Sequence record: NC_061418.1
Length of the DNA: 64,000 bases
Strand: one strand, 5' to 3'
A program made the position numbers and the translations under genes. Positions 34,624 through 44,441 of the stretch are shown here, one piece after another. Each line of letters starts with the position of its first letter. The first letter of the stretch is position 1. The notes under the pieces were generated by a model. It searched no databases, was not told where the DNA came from, and saw nothing but the letters and a program-made list of their open reading frames with translations.

Positions 34624-35718
34624 ATGATCTCAGCTTTCGAATTTCTAAACCGTCAATCCGTGAAGACGTTTTTTCCGGGACAACTCACCTTGCTGCGCAA
34701 CAATGCCGACATTAATTTAAAGAACATTAAACAACATTACCGTAATAGCATCCGTGCTGTTGAGAGTGATCATATACTGATTCAGATACTTCAACATTTA
34801 CCGTCACGGGTAGACATGAACGATGAACAGTATTATCGATTCTGCCACTCCGCCAGTAAACTGACACACAGGGCGTTGAACCTCAATACGGAAACCGTGC
34901 TTTCTGGTAAAGCCAGTAAACCATGGTTTTACGGTCAAGGTATGACCGAGTTCTACATCGTTGAGGAAAAAGATCTCCCTTATCGATTCGACGCAAAGAA
35001 CTACTGGCAAGAACTTATTCCAGTACGCCCAATTTCGCACAATCTGACAGGGCTTTCTTTTAACGCCCGTGACGGGCAGTACTTTAGTCACTATAAAGGA
35101 AACGCTTTCCTGTCTATCGACATCGGTCTTCTGGCAGTCCAGTATCGGCACTGGTCGCAGTTTAACGTCGGTACAGAAGCGAACCCGCATCCCGTTTCTA
35201 TCAACCAATTTGTTTATCAGTACCCTTTAGTCAACATGATCGAAGAGGACATGAATTTTTGTTTCTTCAATCGTCTTCGGTTGTCGACAGGGTATATCCC
35301 GGTTAACGATGACGCCGCACGACACGGCTTGGCAATCTACGATTTACGTCCACTGGTTGATAAAGTCTGGGAACAGTGGTTACAACGCGCCAGAAGCGCT
35401 CCGCGGCGCTTCATTGACCTTCCGGCACAAATCCCCGGGTTATTTACAGAAACACTTCTTGAAGCGATTACGATCCCGGATATCTTTTTCAACCGTCAGA
35501 ACCTCGGTCTTTACACATTGGCAAATTTACCGTACTTAAGTACCCTGTCCCGTCTTTCTGGTGAAACAGGGTCTAAAGACAACGGTAGTGTAAAAACTCA
35601 ACTGGAACGTTGGTACGCGCGTTTTGTTAACGGAGGTTACCTGACACCGATAACGGGGATTAATCCTCAAGATACTCTACAGGTTCTGTTGGACGAAGTG
35701 CTGATTCCACTTCGTTAA
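34624..35718 (+). CDS. Conserved protein (phiKZ gp52-like)
   Basis: 364 aa, divergent from chimallin and convergent with the DNA polymerase, matching the phiKZ arrangement. Confidence 0.65.
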   Translation: MISAFEFLNRQSVKTFFPGQLTLLRNNADINLKNIKQHYRNSIRAVESDHILIQILQHLPSRVDMNDEQYYRFCHSASKLTHRALNLNTETVLSGKASKPWFYGQGMTEFYIVEEKDLPYRFDAKNYWQELIPVRPISHNLTGLSFNARDGQYFSHYKGNAFLSIDIGLLAVQYRHWSQFNVGTEANPHPVSINQFVYQYPLVNMIEEDMNFCFFNRLRLSTGYIPVNDDAARHGLAIYDLRPLVDKVWEQWLQRARSAPRRFIDLPAQIPGLFTETLLEAITIPDIFFNRQNLGLYTLANLPYLSTLSRLSGETGSKDNGSVKTQLERWYARFVNGGYLTPITGINPQDTLQVLLDEVLIPLR

Positions 35719-37876
35719 AGTCAGAGAAAGCATCCTCACGAGAAATTTGATCAAAGACCAGTTTAGATTGGTCTTTATCAAAGAGGTAGTATTCCAGTGA
35801 CTCAAGAACCAGGTAGAAAGGTGACATGGCGCTGCCGATAATTTTACGAATGTTTGTCGCCTCAAGGATATCCTCTGGAATCCCGATTGACATGACAATA
35901 CTTTCTGGCAGCAGGATACGACCCAAATAAGTCTTATTCTTCGCTGCCAGGAATTGTCGCATTCGTTTCGCCATTTCCTGATCTTTCCAGTTCGCTAACC
36001 ATTTCTCCGTTTTGGTTTTCGTATCGTGGATAATACTGAACGACAACGCTGAGTATGGCGGCGGTTCAATAAGACCAAACTTCGGCGCAAAGACTTCTTG
36101 CCACAGTTCGTAGTTCAGATACGGCGTATTCTGTTCTTCGGTCTTCTTAGTGTACCCTTCCTCTTCTTTAACACGTGCCGCTTTAAGGTACGTGGTCTCC
36201 CCTTTACGAATCGATTCGTAGATCGTATACTCCCACCGGGCTACCCACCGTAAGTAACGGCTCAGTTCCAACATTTTCCCTTCCGTAACACTGTCGACAA
36301 TCTCTTCGATCATCAAATCAAGATCTTTACGTACTCCGGCTGGTGAGTTGGAAGCAATGAGCTCTACGCCTTTCTTCTCTCGGTCTTCGATATAGACCCC
36401 TTCTTGTACGCGTTTGTTTGCCGCATAGTGCTTAGCACGACTGGTCAACATGAACACCGGGAAAAGGAATTCGTTCTTCATTGCCAGACGGAAGACTTCT
36501 TTCTCGTCCTGAACACCCATGTTTACGGTCATGGTAGCAAGGTTATGCGTGGTCGTCTGCGAGACAAGGAACGCAATCCCTTCAGCTAGAATGATGTTTT
36601 CTTTCGTTAGCAAATCATTATCAGAGTACCAACGAATCCAATCCTGAACCGTAAAGATAGCGGAGTCGGTATCAGACCCTACACCACTGCGTCTAACGGC
36701 ATGGGGGAAGTCAGAAATCAGGAACGGGATGTTTCTTGACATCAGGAACGTATCGATGATTTCTTTATATTTGTCCAGCGTCTGGTAAATGAGTGCACAG
36801 GTGGAACCTAAACGCCAGTAATCGGCTTTAGCAATAACTTCTTCGTGGAACGGGTTTTTATCGCCAATGATTTCCGGGAACATAACCGTGATCTGTGCGA
36901 TGGTGTCTTCATCGACAAACTTCATCCATCCTTCGTAGTCAGGTACCGGCGTTTCTGCTGGAGTGACTAAACCACGAATCAGATCCCTTACAATCGCCTC
37001 GTTGAACTGACGAATATGATAAAGGTCGCCCATGTAAACGAACGCTGCTCGTTCGTAATCGCTACAGCCTTTCAGGAAACGTTTTAAATTGCGGTCTCCC
37101 CCTTCTGATCGCCAGTAGAGGTCAGACGAATACGACAGTACCGCTAACGTTTCTTCAACCGACGGGATATGCAGATTAAACTTCTTAACGGTATTTTCTA
37201 CTTTTGCCCAATCGGTCAGTTCAAGAATACTGGTCAAGTTAGCGTAGACAACATCAGGTCGCCAATAGTGGCGAGAGCCAGACAATAAACGGTCATTGTT
37301 GGAGTTGGCAATACCGTTGGCAATACGACAGCAACTTGTCAATACCGGGTGCGTTGAGCGGTCGTAAAGCGGTGAGTGCTCAGAACGGTGGTTACCGGAG
37401 ATGGCGTTGTTCAGAATCTTTTTGTTGTTCTGATTGTTGTTGTGGAAGGTTGCCTTAATAAAGTTACCGACTTTCTTCGCTTCAAACATTTCATGTTTTT
37501 CGGCGGAGCGCTTTTTCAAGTTACCTTTGATATATTCAGAGAGTAACGATAACTTTTGGTGCGGCGGTAACACGGTCGTGAACGTAGGTGCCATTAACCA
37601 TTCGTTATCGAGAATGTCTTTGAGGTACTGTGAGAAAGGTACCATAATCGGTTTTTGATCCAGATTCTCATCGCGTTCCAACATGCAAAAAACAGGATCG
37701 GTCACGCCGTTATCCGGGTTTTTCAGTTCCTCGACAACAAAGTCACGACATTCTTCGAAAGGTCTTCCAGTGCTGCGTTGTATGAATAAAGCAGTTTGAA
37801 TAATGTACGACTCGTGCACGCCAAGGTCTCGATGGTAATCCTTAGCGGTGCGCGTAAATGGGTTAGAAACTTTCAC
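35660..37876 (-). CDS. Divergent family-B DNA polymerase, polymerase-domain subunit (phiKZ gp50-like)
   Basis: Motif B-like KKILNNAISG and motif C-like GSDTDSAIF; no exonuclease motifs seen. Confidence 0.85.
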   Translation of the reverse strand: MKVSNPFTRTAKDYHRDLGVHESYIIQTALFIQRSTGRPFEECRDFVVEELKNPDNGVTDPVFCMLERDENLDQKPIMVPFSQYLKDILDNEWLMAPTFTTVLPPHQKLSLLSEYIKGNLKKRSAEKHEMFEAKKVGNFIKATFHNNNQNNKKILNNAISGNHRSEHSPLYDRSTHPVLTSCCRIANGIANSNNDRLLSGSRHYWRPDVVYANLTSILELTDWAKVENTVKKFNLHIPSVEETLAVLSYSSDLYWRSEGGDRNLKRFLKGCSDYERAAFVYMGDLYHIRQFNEAIVRDLIRGLVTPAETPVPDYEGWMKFVDEDTIAQITVMFPEIIGDKNPFHEEVIAKADYWRLGSTCALIYQTLDKYKEIIDTFLMSRNIPFLISDFPHAVRRSGVGSDTDSAIFTVQDWIRWYSDNDLLTKENIILAEGIAFLVSQTTTHNLATMTVNMGVQDEKEVFRLAMKNEFLFPVFMLTSRAKHYAANKRVQEGVYIEDREKKGVELIASNSPAGVRKDLDLMIEEIVDSVTEGKMLELSRYLRWVARWEYTIYESIRKGETTYLKAARVKEEEGYTKKTEEQNTPYLNYELWQEVFAPKFGLIEPPPYSALSFSIIHDTKTKTEKWLANWKDQEMAKRMRQFLAAKNKTYLGRILLPESIVMSIGIPEDILEATNIRKIIGSAMSPFYLVLESLEYYLFDKDQSKLVFDQISREDAFSDFNEVESALRPTEPVEYLED

Positions 37877-37988
37877 GCTATCGTCCTATGTAATCGGTCT
37901 TCTACAGGAATAGTACGGTCACTGAAAAAAGAAAAAAAGAAAAGATAACCTTCTCCTGTAACCTTTCGGTTACAGGAGAAGAGAATAG

Positions 37989-38411
37989 TTAACTGGTGAC
38001 GATGGTGAAATTGTTGAAGCCTGCGCTGTTAATCGCCAGCCGGATCTTTTCAATATCGCCTGTACCAATCCCGGGAATAGTGACAAGGGCATTCACTGTC
38101 TCAACAACGTTGATCGTATCAACTTTGATCCAGGGTAATCCGATGACGCGTTCTGTGCCGTCTTCTAAGGCCAATACCAACCAGTTGTAAGAACGGGCAT
38201 TGTCTTCAACGCTACCCGATGGCAGAAGAGGATAAACCTTCGCGTGCTCTGCTTCCGGGTCAATACCGAATTTAGTAGCACCTCTGGCCGACACAATGTC
38301 AGTCGGAACCACGTTACGGAAAACATCCCCGTAAAGCGCAGACGGATAAACCTGAAAGGTCACCGTGGAGTTCAGTGTAAATTTACCGAGGATGAGGTCT
38401 GTAGACGTCAT
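37989..38411 (-). CDS. Conserved SH3-like protein (phiKZ gp49 position)
   Basis: 140 aa beta-rich, IGLPWIK segment; directly upstream of the DNA polymerase. Confidence 0.6.
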   Translation of the reverse strand: MTSTDLILGKFTLNSTVTFQVYPSALYGDVFRNVVPTDIVSARGATKFGIDPEAEHAKVYPLLPSGSVEDNARSYNWLVLALEDGTERVIGLPWIKVDTINVVETVNALVTIPGIGTGDIEKIRLAINSAGFNNFTIVTS

Positions 38412-38771
38412 TTAATTTTCTCCCGATTCGAAAAGCAACATTAACGTAGTAGAGTCGAAGTACTCGAGGTCTACATAACGAAAGGTTGTTTTACTGGTGA
38501 TTTCTTCCACTCGTTCTTTCAAGGTTTCGTGGGTGAGAAAAAGATGACCAGCAATCTCACCGTGTTCAATAGAAGGAACAGTAGTTTTCAATCCGCTGTC
38601 AATGACTTCCAATACGAGCTTCCTGGTCGAGTCCTTTAGGTATTCGATGTCAATAACCGTATCATCATCTTCATCGCATTGGACTTCGTCTAAAAGACCC
38701 TGATAAAAATAACTAAAGATTAAAGGGAGTCGTACAAGGGAAGTAAGAACTTTTATTTTCATGTTCTTCAA
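38412..38771 (-). CDS. Small acidic protein, array member 10
   Basis: 119 aa; C-terminal hairpin FRYVDLEYFDSTTLMLLF. Confidence 0.65.
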   Translation of the reverse strand: MKNMKIKVLTSLVRLPLIFSYFYQGLLDEVQCDEDDDTVIDIEYLKDSTRKLVLEVIDSGLKTTVPSIEHGEIAGHLFLTHETLKERVEEITSKTTFRYVDLEYFDSTTLMLLFESGEN

Positions 38772-39141
38772 TCCTTAAACCAAGAGAATAACTTCCCGTG
38801 TACAGGAATAAGTTCTCAAGATGATAACGTTTCTCTAATAGGAAGGGATGGACTTTCTCCATCTCACGGTAAAGTCGAGTATGGAGACAATCGTAGTTTT
38901 CCAGAATGATTTCCATGCCGTACTCGAGTAAACCAGGATCACTCGCAATAAAGAATCCTTTTAAGACCTCGGGGTGCATCGCCATTTTTTCCGGTTCCAA
39001 AATATCTTCGACAAAAAGCGACGAAAGATCACGTGCTTTTATCCAGACATCTCTTGGCATATTATCTAGGAGCGTCGATAAACCAGAATAAAAAGACTGG
39101 CAGGGTAAAACAACCAACGTTGCATTTTTGTTTTTCACCAT
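38713..39141 (-). CDS. Small protein, array member 9
   Basis: 142 aa; N-terminal strand LVVLP; C-terminal YHLENLFLYTGSYSLGLRI. Confidence 0.65.
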   Translation of the reverse strand: MVKNKNATLVVLPCQSFYSGLSTLLDNMPRDVWIKARDLSSLFVEDILEPEKMAMHPEVLKGFFIASDPGLLEYGMEIILENYDCLHTRLYREMEKVHPFLLEKRYHLENLFLYTGSYSLGLRIEEHENKSSYFPCTTPFNL

Positions 39142-39599
39142 ACCTCCCGGCTAAGGTCCTCCACTACAAATGAGATTGCGTTGTTTCGTAAGAGTACGTC
39201 GCCGATATCGATATCTTCGTGATATCGGAGTTGACTCCTCTCGAAGGACAACAGTAAATCGGTCGCAATCACTTCAGCCATATCTTCAATGTAACAAAGC
39301 AACCGGTGTCGAGTACCCCTATCTAACCGTAACTGATCGCTGGGATCATCTGCATCAGGGACAAAGAAAAGATCAATCGTGTCATCGAGTCTTTCCGATG
39401 CCTCCTGCTGACCGAAGTGCTTAACGTCCAATACATAAGCGATGGTACAGCCGATAAAGTCAGTCACTTCAAAACGAATTTTGTTTCGGGGGATATAACG
39501 ATTAAACCCATCGATATATCGACTGAAGAAAAGGTGAAAGTTTGACGTTGGCCAATCCTTCACCGTAAAGATTAAGATAGTACGAAAGAAACGGGACAT
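39135..39599 (-). CDS. Small protein, array member 8
   Basis: 154 aa; ILIFTV ... IGDVLLRNNAISFVV. Confidence 0.7.
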   Translation of the reverse strand: MSRFFRTILIFTVKDWPTSNFHLFFSRYIDGFNRYIPRNKIRFEVTDFIGCTIAYVLDVKHFGQQEASERLDDTIDLFFVPDADDPSDQLRLDRGTRHRLLCYIEDMAEVIATDLLLSFERSQLRYHEDIDIGDVLLRNNAISFVVEDLSREVW

Positions 39600-40009
39600 T
39601 AAGATCCTCTGCGAACAGTCAGTTGGAAGGCGATGCCGTGGTGGCGTAATTCTACAAAATCAATACGGGGGGAACGTGAAAAGTTACTTCGTATCTCCCG
39701 TCGATAATCACGATAAAACGAGACGAAGAGTTCTTCTGCTGTCTCTATCAACTCTTGCGTCGTAACATCCGGCATCTTAGCGTGCGGATACGAACGTAAG
39801 AAATTCTCGATTTCAACTCTGATACGCCGCGTACCCGATAACGATAGATTTTCTTCGTCGGTGCCGATAATGAAGTCGAATATCATTTGCAGAACAAGTC
39901 GGCGATAGAGTAAATCGCAATACATCAGTTCGTGCAGTATGGCAGCGGTCTCTCTTCGATAAGGCAAAACAAAAAGACGTGTCGTAGTTTCAGTCACTGA
40001 CGGTAACAT
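39599..40009 (-). CDS. Small protein, array member 7
   Basis: 136 aa; LFVLP ... IDFVELRHHGIAFQL. Confidence 0.7.
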   Translation of the reverse strand: MLPSVTETTTRLFVLPYRRETAAILHELMYCDLLYRRLVLQMIFDFIIGTDEENLSLSGTRRIRVEIENFLRSYPHAKMPDVTTQELIETAEELFVSFYRDYRREIRSNFSRSPRIDFVELRHHGIAFQLTVRRGS

Positions 40010-40457
40010 AGAGGTCTCCTCTAACGAATCTTACGTTTCTGATTTGATCAGGACTCAAAACGATATCTTTCATGGCTAAAGTCTTCCTTGATATCTTCGA
40101 GCCTAATAATTGAATATCGATGTAGAAATTTCGCTTGAATTCTTCTTTGAGCTTCTCGTCCAGATGTTCCATTCCGTCGGAGCACAATAAGTTATCTAAG
40201 ACCTTTTCCGCTTCTTCGTTAGCCTTGAAAAAGAAGGGCATGAAGAAGGTTCTTTGGTAACGTGATAAAGAAAATAGAAAAGCCGGGAGAATAATCTCCC
40301 GGCTGTGTATTGAGTATAGGTTTTCTATTTTCTTTATTTCTGACGCGTCCCAATGCAGGTCATAGATGAAGGTTTGTGAATAATCTAATCGACCGTTGGT
40401 CACGTGAGATCTCCCATCCATAATAGTCAATGATACGTTCTTCGCTTGTTTTCTCAA
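39990..40457 (-). CDS. Small protein, array member 6
   Basis: 155 aa (start uncertain); FIYDL ... IRNVRFVRGDLYVTV. Confidence 0.65.
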   Translation of the reverse strand: MRKQAKNVSLTIMDGRSHVTNGRLDYSQTFIYDLHWDASEIKKIENLYSIHSREIILPAFLFSLSRYQRTFFMPFFFKANEEAEKVLDNLLCSDGMEHLDEKLKEEFKRNFYIDIQLLGSKISRKTLAMKDIVLSPDQIRNVRFVRGDLYVTVSD

Positions 40458-40782
40458 GAAACGTTTTGATTTCTTGTAGCGACAATTCCAGAAGTGCGTC
40501 AGTATCAGATAAATTTAGTTCAGGCGTAGAAAAAACGGAAAGTAACCGCTGTTCCATCGTAGAGTAACCATAAATCAGTTTCTCCAGACTAAAGAGCAAA
40601 AGTAAACCATACGCCTCGCCAAACGTCACCGGCTCTAAAGTGTCAGAGAAAAAGCAACGGTAGATCTTCTCGAGGCGAGGTCGTAATAACGCGATGTCAA
40701 TAATCTCTATTTTGTTCTTCACGTTTTTCTCGTTGTATCCTTTCCCAATCCCGAATTCGCCAATCGCCAAGGTTCTCGACAA
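40360..40782 (-). CDS. Small protein, array member 5
   Basis: 140 aa (start uncertain); IEIIDI ... YYGWEISRDQRSIRLF. Confidence 0.6.
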   Translation of the reverse strand: MSRTLAIGEFGIGKGYNEKNVKNKIEIIDIALLRPRLEKIYRCFFSDTLEPVTFGEAYGLLLLFSLEKLIYGYSTMEQRLLSVFSTPELNLSDTDALLELSLQEIKTFLEKTSEERIIDYYGWEISRDQRSIRLFTNLHL

Positions 40783-41224
40783 TCAATGCGTTGTTTCTGA
40801 CTTCGACCACCACAATTTCATCCCAGAACCTATTTTTTCGTATCCCCATGTCACGAAAATACTCTACCGCGAACACGATAAAGATATCGATAACTTCGCG
40901 GTAGAGTTCTTGGGACGGCTCATCCACGATCTCTTCGTTGTACGGATTAAAACCAATAGGCTCTAACGTGTAACCTTTAAACCAACCACGAATAGCAGCA
41001 TCGTCGTCCCAACATTCCCAAGGATATTTAGCGTCTTTATTGATGGCATTCCAAAAGAGACGGAGGGCGGTTTCCTTAAGATCTTCTACACGAAGGTTCT
41101 TGTCAGCGTACCGGTCGATAACACTGTGTTGGCGACGGACTGAATAGAGAATGGACGATAGTCGTCTGGCGAGATAATCAATATCAATAACATAACGCAT
41201 AATAGAGACCTTATCGATAAACAA
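40697..41224 (-). CDS. Small protein, array member 4
   Basis: 175 aa; RYVIDI ... IVVVEVRNNALIVE. Confidence 0.7.
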   Translation of the reverse strand: MFIDKVSIMRYVIDIDYLARRLSSILYSVRRQHSVIDRYADKNLRVEDLKETALRLFWNAINKDAKYPWECWDDDAAIRGWFKGYTLEPIGFNPYNEEIVDEPSQELYREVIDIFIVFAVEYFRDMGIRKNRFWDEIVVVEVRNNALIVENLGDWRIRDWERIQREKREEQNRDY

Positions 41225-41615
41225 GATAGGTACGTGAGTTCATCCGTTCCGTGTAACATTCACCGTAAATACCGTATCGATCCCATTGAGAACGAAGATC
41301 GCTAAGGATTTTTTCTAATACGCCTGTATTTTTCATTTTTTCAATTTCTTCCTGAAGAGACATGTAAAACGATAACTGGTCCCGATAATAAGGATCATCG
41401 GGAATCGTTTCAAAATCGCTTTCCAGCGGGTCAATGTTGTTCGAGTAATAAATCTCAATGAACAGTTTGTTATAATCTTTAGCTTTTCCTTTTTCCCAGT
41501 GGTACGCGGTAGAAAGGAAAGCGTCTATAATCTGATCCCGCCAGAGACCCTTATAGCCGTCGGTGAAGACCTTAAGCGCCGGGGGGATTTCGAAGAGATA
41601 TTTTTGCACTGCCAT
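41211..41615 (-). CDS. Small protein, array member 3
   Basis: 134 aa; KYLFEI ... CYTERMNSRTYLVY. Confidence 0.7.
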   Translation of the reverse strand: MAVQKYLFEIPPALKVFTDGYKGLWRDQIIDAFLSTAYHWEKGKAKDYNKLFIEIYYSNNIDPLESDFETIPDDPYYRDQLSFYMSLQEEIEKMKNTGVLEKILSDLRSQWDRYGIYGECYTERMNSRTYLVYR

Positions 41616-41929
41616 AAATCAGGATTCCTCTGACGAAACTCTTCATCATCTACCCAAACCATTAATGCGTTCCGTTGTATATCGAGCGATTCGATATGAA
41701 GCAGATTAACCGGAAGTTTCAATGGTACGCCACCGTACTCTTTTTCCAATACCCTGGCTACTTGCCATATCTTCTCTGTCTCCCAATGGTCATTATCAAT
41801 AATTAAATACTCAGGCGGAATCGTGTTATACGTCCGGTCTAACCAGTGGGCTAAAATCCTTAACCGATAGAACCGATCCATTGTCGGTGTCATATCGAGA
41901 AAATGCTTAATATCGATGACAATCAACAT
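41525..41929 (-). CDS. Small protein, array member 2
   Basis: Likely start MLIVIDIKH at 41929; ... HIESLDIQRNALMVWV. Confidence 0.65.
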   Translation of the reverse strand: MLIVIDIKHFLDMTPTMDRFYRLRILAHWLDRTYNTIPPEYLIIDNDHWETEKIWQVARVLEKEYGGVPLKLPVNLLHIESLDIQRNALMVWVDDEEFRQRNPDLWQCKNISSKSPRRLRSSPTAIRVSGGIRL

Positions 41930-42356
41930 GGTCTTCAGTTCCCAGTGTAATTTCAAAATGATTGTGTTGGAAAGAAAAGTCGAGGACACGATAATGACGC
42001 GGGACACCCTCCAATTGAAAGAGCGTAGTGAGTTCCTTTTCTTTTTCATTAACTCGATTGAAGATCGCTTCGATCATTGCGTTAAAATCACGTTTATCTC
42101 TACCCGGTAGCATTTTGCTGGGTTCTACCTTATCGGTTAACAAATAGATCCCTTGCGCCCAATGCTTTCTTTCCCGGAAATGAAACCACGTCATCCAGGT
42201 CGCGTAGAAAATTTCTTTCACGGTGAAAATACCGTGATAAGGTGAATTAATCCAGTAAAAGATCTTTGGGATCTCGCCTTTAACAATCATGACGTCACCA
42301 GACTTCCTGTAAGTCATTCTAAGCCTCTTTTTACTGTCAGTAGTACTATCTATCAA
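41907..42356 (-). CDS. Small protein, array member 1
   Basis: 149 aa (start uncertain); ... YRVLDFSFQHNHFEITL; first gene after the promoter motif at 42404. Confidence 0.65.
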   Translation of the reverse strand: MIDSTTDSKKRLRMTYRKSGDVMIVKGEIPKIFYWINSPYHGIFTVKEIFYATWMTWFHFRERKHWAQGIYLLTDKVEPSKMLPGRDKRDFNAMIEAIFNRVNEKEKELTTLFQLEGVPRHYRVLDFSFQHNHFEITLGTEDHVDCHRY

Positions 42357-42403
42357 ATAAATTGATAAACCCGTACAAAGCGATTACAACTATGTTCAAT
42401 AGG

Positions 42404-42411
42404 GTAATATA
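42404..42411 (-). promoter_or_regulatory. Putative early promoter motif TATATTAC
   Basis: Context ATATATTACCCTATTGAA at the head of the ten-gene array. Confidence 0.6.
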
Positions 42412-42521
42412 TGTCCTATTTCTTTTCCAACAAAACAAAATAAAAAAGACGGAGCGGGAAAACCCCGCTCCGTTGATGATCTTAAATGATTGAAGCAGAT
42501 AAAAGTCCTACATACTAACGA

Positions 42522-43490
42522 CTAGAGTTCCATCCCGTCGCCCTGAACATCGCCACGGATAAAGTTCTGCGCAGCCTTGGACTTCTTATCGCGTGCAGCG
42601 CGACGTTGTTCGTAGTCGTCAAACGTTTGGCGAAGTTCCATTAAGATCTCATTCAGTCCATCTGTATGAATGACAAAATAAAGCGAATCTTCCCCTGTAC
42701 GTTTACGGGTACCGAACGTGTTATAGTCCGCTGGGATAGTACCGGCTACCGGCTTGTTGTCGCCGTAGAGTTCCGCAACTGAAATAGGTGCGTTAACGCT
42801 CACTGCATCATCACGGTCCTGGAAGACGTCAAGGAGACCGAGCTCCGGGCTTACGCCTGCACCAAGAACGGGTTTCGCCCAGGTCAGTACGTCCGCAGAA
42901 TCCAGTCCATGATGTTTCCCGGAATAAAGATCCAGAACGGCGCGGATGGTAGCGATCATGATCGCATCGACTTCGGCGTTGCGCAGGTTGTTCTCATTGC
43001 TCTCGTAACAGACGTTACAGAACTGATTGTTCTTGATCGCAATGTTACGCAGCGACGAAATAGTCTTCATGGTGTTTTCGGTGGTATTACCCGATTCTGT
43101 CGAACCGACTAAAAAGACCAGCACCGCTTTATTCTGCGCATAAAGCGCTTCGATCAGTTTCGGACCAATGACCGAACCGCTGCCGCCGGAGGCGGAGAAG
43201 ATCAGAATGTTGAGATCGGACGGCTTCAACTTAAAGAGAATGTCGCTGATGCTTCGGTTCGTGACGTCGTAGTTGGTTTTACGGATTTTCCCTGCGCCGT
43301 CTACGCCCTCGAGGAAATACCATTTGTCAGGGTCTTGAACAGACCGCTCGGAAACGTTGGAACGACTACCGTCAACATACGCTTCTTTGACGTTAGCAAG
43401 TTCAGAAAGATCGGTGCGCATGAGTTTAGTGAGGATGTCGATACCCGCACCACCTGCGCCGTAAATAGTTACTGTGTTATTCGATGACAT
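42522..43490 (-). CDS. phuZ: Phage tubulin PhuZ
   Basis: IYGAGGAGIDI, GAGK.R, tubulin signature ASGGSGS.IGP, charged C-terminal tail. Confidence 0.92.
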   Translation of the reverse strand: MSSNNTVTIYGAGGAGIDILTKLMRTDLSELANVKEAYVDGSRSNVSERSVQDPDKWYFLEGVDGAGKIRKTNYDVTNRSISDILFKLKPSDLNILIFSASGGSGSVIGPKLIEALYAQNKAVLVFLVGSTESGNTTENTMKTISSLRNIAIKNNQFCNVCYESNENNLRNAEVDAIMIATIRAVLDLYSGKHHGLDSADVLTWAKPVLGAGVSPELGLLDVFQDRDDAVSVNAPISVAELYGDNKPVAGTIPADYNTFGTRKRTGEDSLYFVIHTDGLNEILMELRQTFDDYEQRRAARDKKSKAAQNFIRGDVQGDGMEL

Positions 43491-43576
43491 AATACGGTCG
43501 CTCCTTATGTTGGACCAAAAGTCGTATCATAGTACTTTATAACAAGACGTAAAATAATCGATGGAGGATCTCAAAG

Positions 43577-44407
43577 ATGGTGTTACAGAAAGTGATTTCT
43601 GATATTCGTTTTATCATTCCTAAAGAGGTACTCGAAGTTGCCTTTTTAGGTGACGTCGGGTTGGAAAGAAAACGACCCGGTTCATTGGATTGGGAAATTC
43701 GTAACAAAGTGATCGACGCGAAAGTCAGACCCGATTGTAATTTACTGGGTGCGCTGGAAATGAACATTCCGCTGGCAAACGCAGAAGTAACTTACGATAC
43801 CAGCGGTCTTTACCGCAACACGGTAAGAATCCCTAAGTCATTAACCGGCGGACGTTCTATCGTGCTCCCCACTTACTTTAACTATTACTACTACACCGGG
43901 GCGATCGGTCAAGTTGGTGGCTACATGGCCAATAACTACTCGAGCAACACGTGTGGTAACTCACCGTTAATGGCACAGGCCAGTCGAATCCTACAATCCT
44001 CCGCGAACTCCGATGCTACCGGTACCGCGGCAGTAAGATTGATCGGTGAAAACACGGTAACGATTAACGACTATATCGGCTCGATTACACAAGGTTCATT
44101 GGTTTGTTTAGTGAGCCACGATTCCGAGATGAATTCTATCGGTCCCCGTGCAGTTCCACAGTTCTCCAAACTCTGTCAACTGGCTTGTAAAGCGTACATC
44201 TACAACACGTTAAAAGTTAAGTTGAACGGCGGGTATCTTTCAGGTGGTACCGAGCTGGGAGAGATCCAAAATGTCGTGGACAGCTACTCTGATGCTGCTG
44301 AACAGTATTCTGAGTATTACGAGAACGAATGGCAGATGGTTCAGTTCAGTAACGATGATACACGTAACTCGTGGTATCTCCGTAATTTGATTGGCGGTGG
44401 CGCATAA
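43577..44407 (+). CDS. Conserved hypothetical, probably virion-associated
   Basis: 276 aa, divergent from phuZ; IPKEVLEVAF and L..ACKAYIYN segments seen in phiKZ-like phages (from memory). Confidence 0.6.
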   Translation: MVLQKVISDIRFIIPKEVLEVAFLGDVGLERKRPGSLDWEIRNKVIDAKVRPDCNLLGALEMNIPLANAEVTYDTSGLYRNTVRIPKSLTGGRSIVLPTYFNYYYYTGAIGQVGGYMANNYSSNTCGNSPLMAQASRILQSSANSDATGTAAVRLIGENTVTINDYIGSITQGSLVCLVSHDSEMNSIGPRAVPQFSKLCQLACKAYIYNTLKVKLNGGYLSGGTELGEIQNVVDSYSDAAEQYSEYYENEWQMVQFSNDDTRNSWYLRNLIGGGA

Positions 44408-44441
44408 CGGGTAGGAGGGGTAAACCCTCCTACCTCTATGT

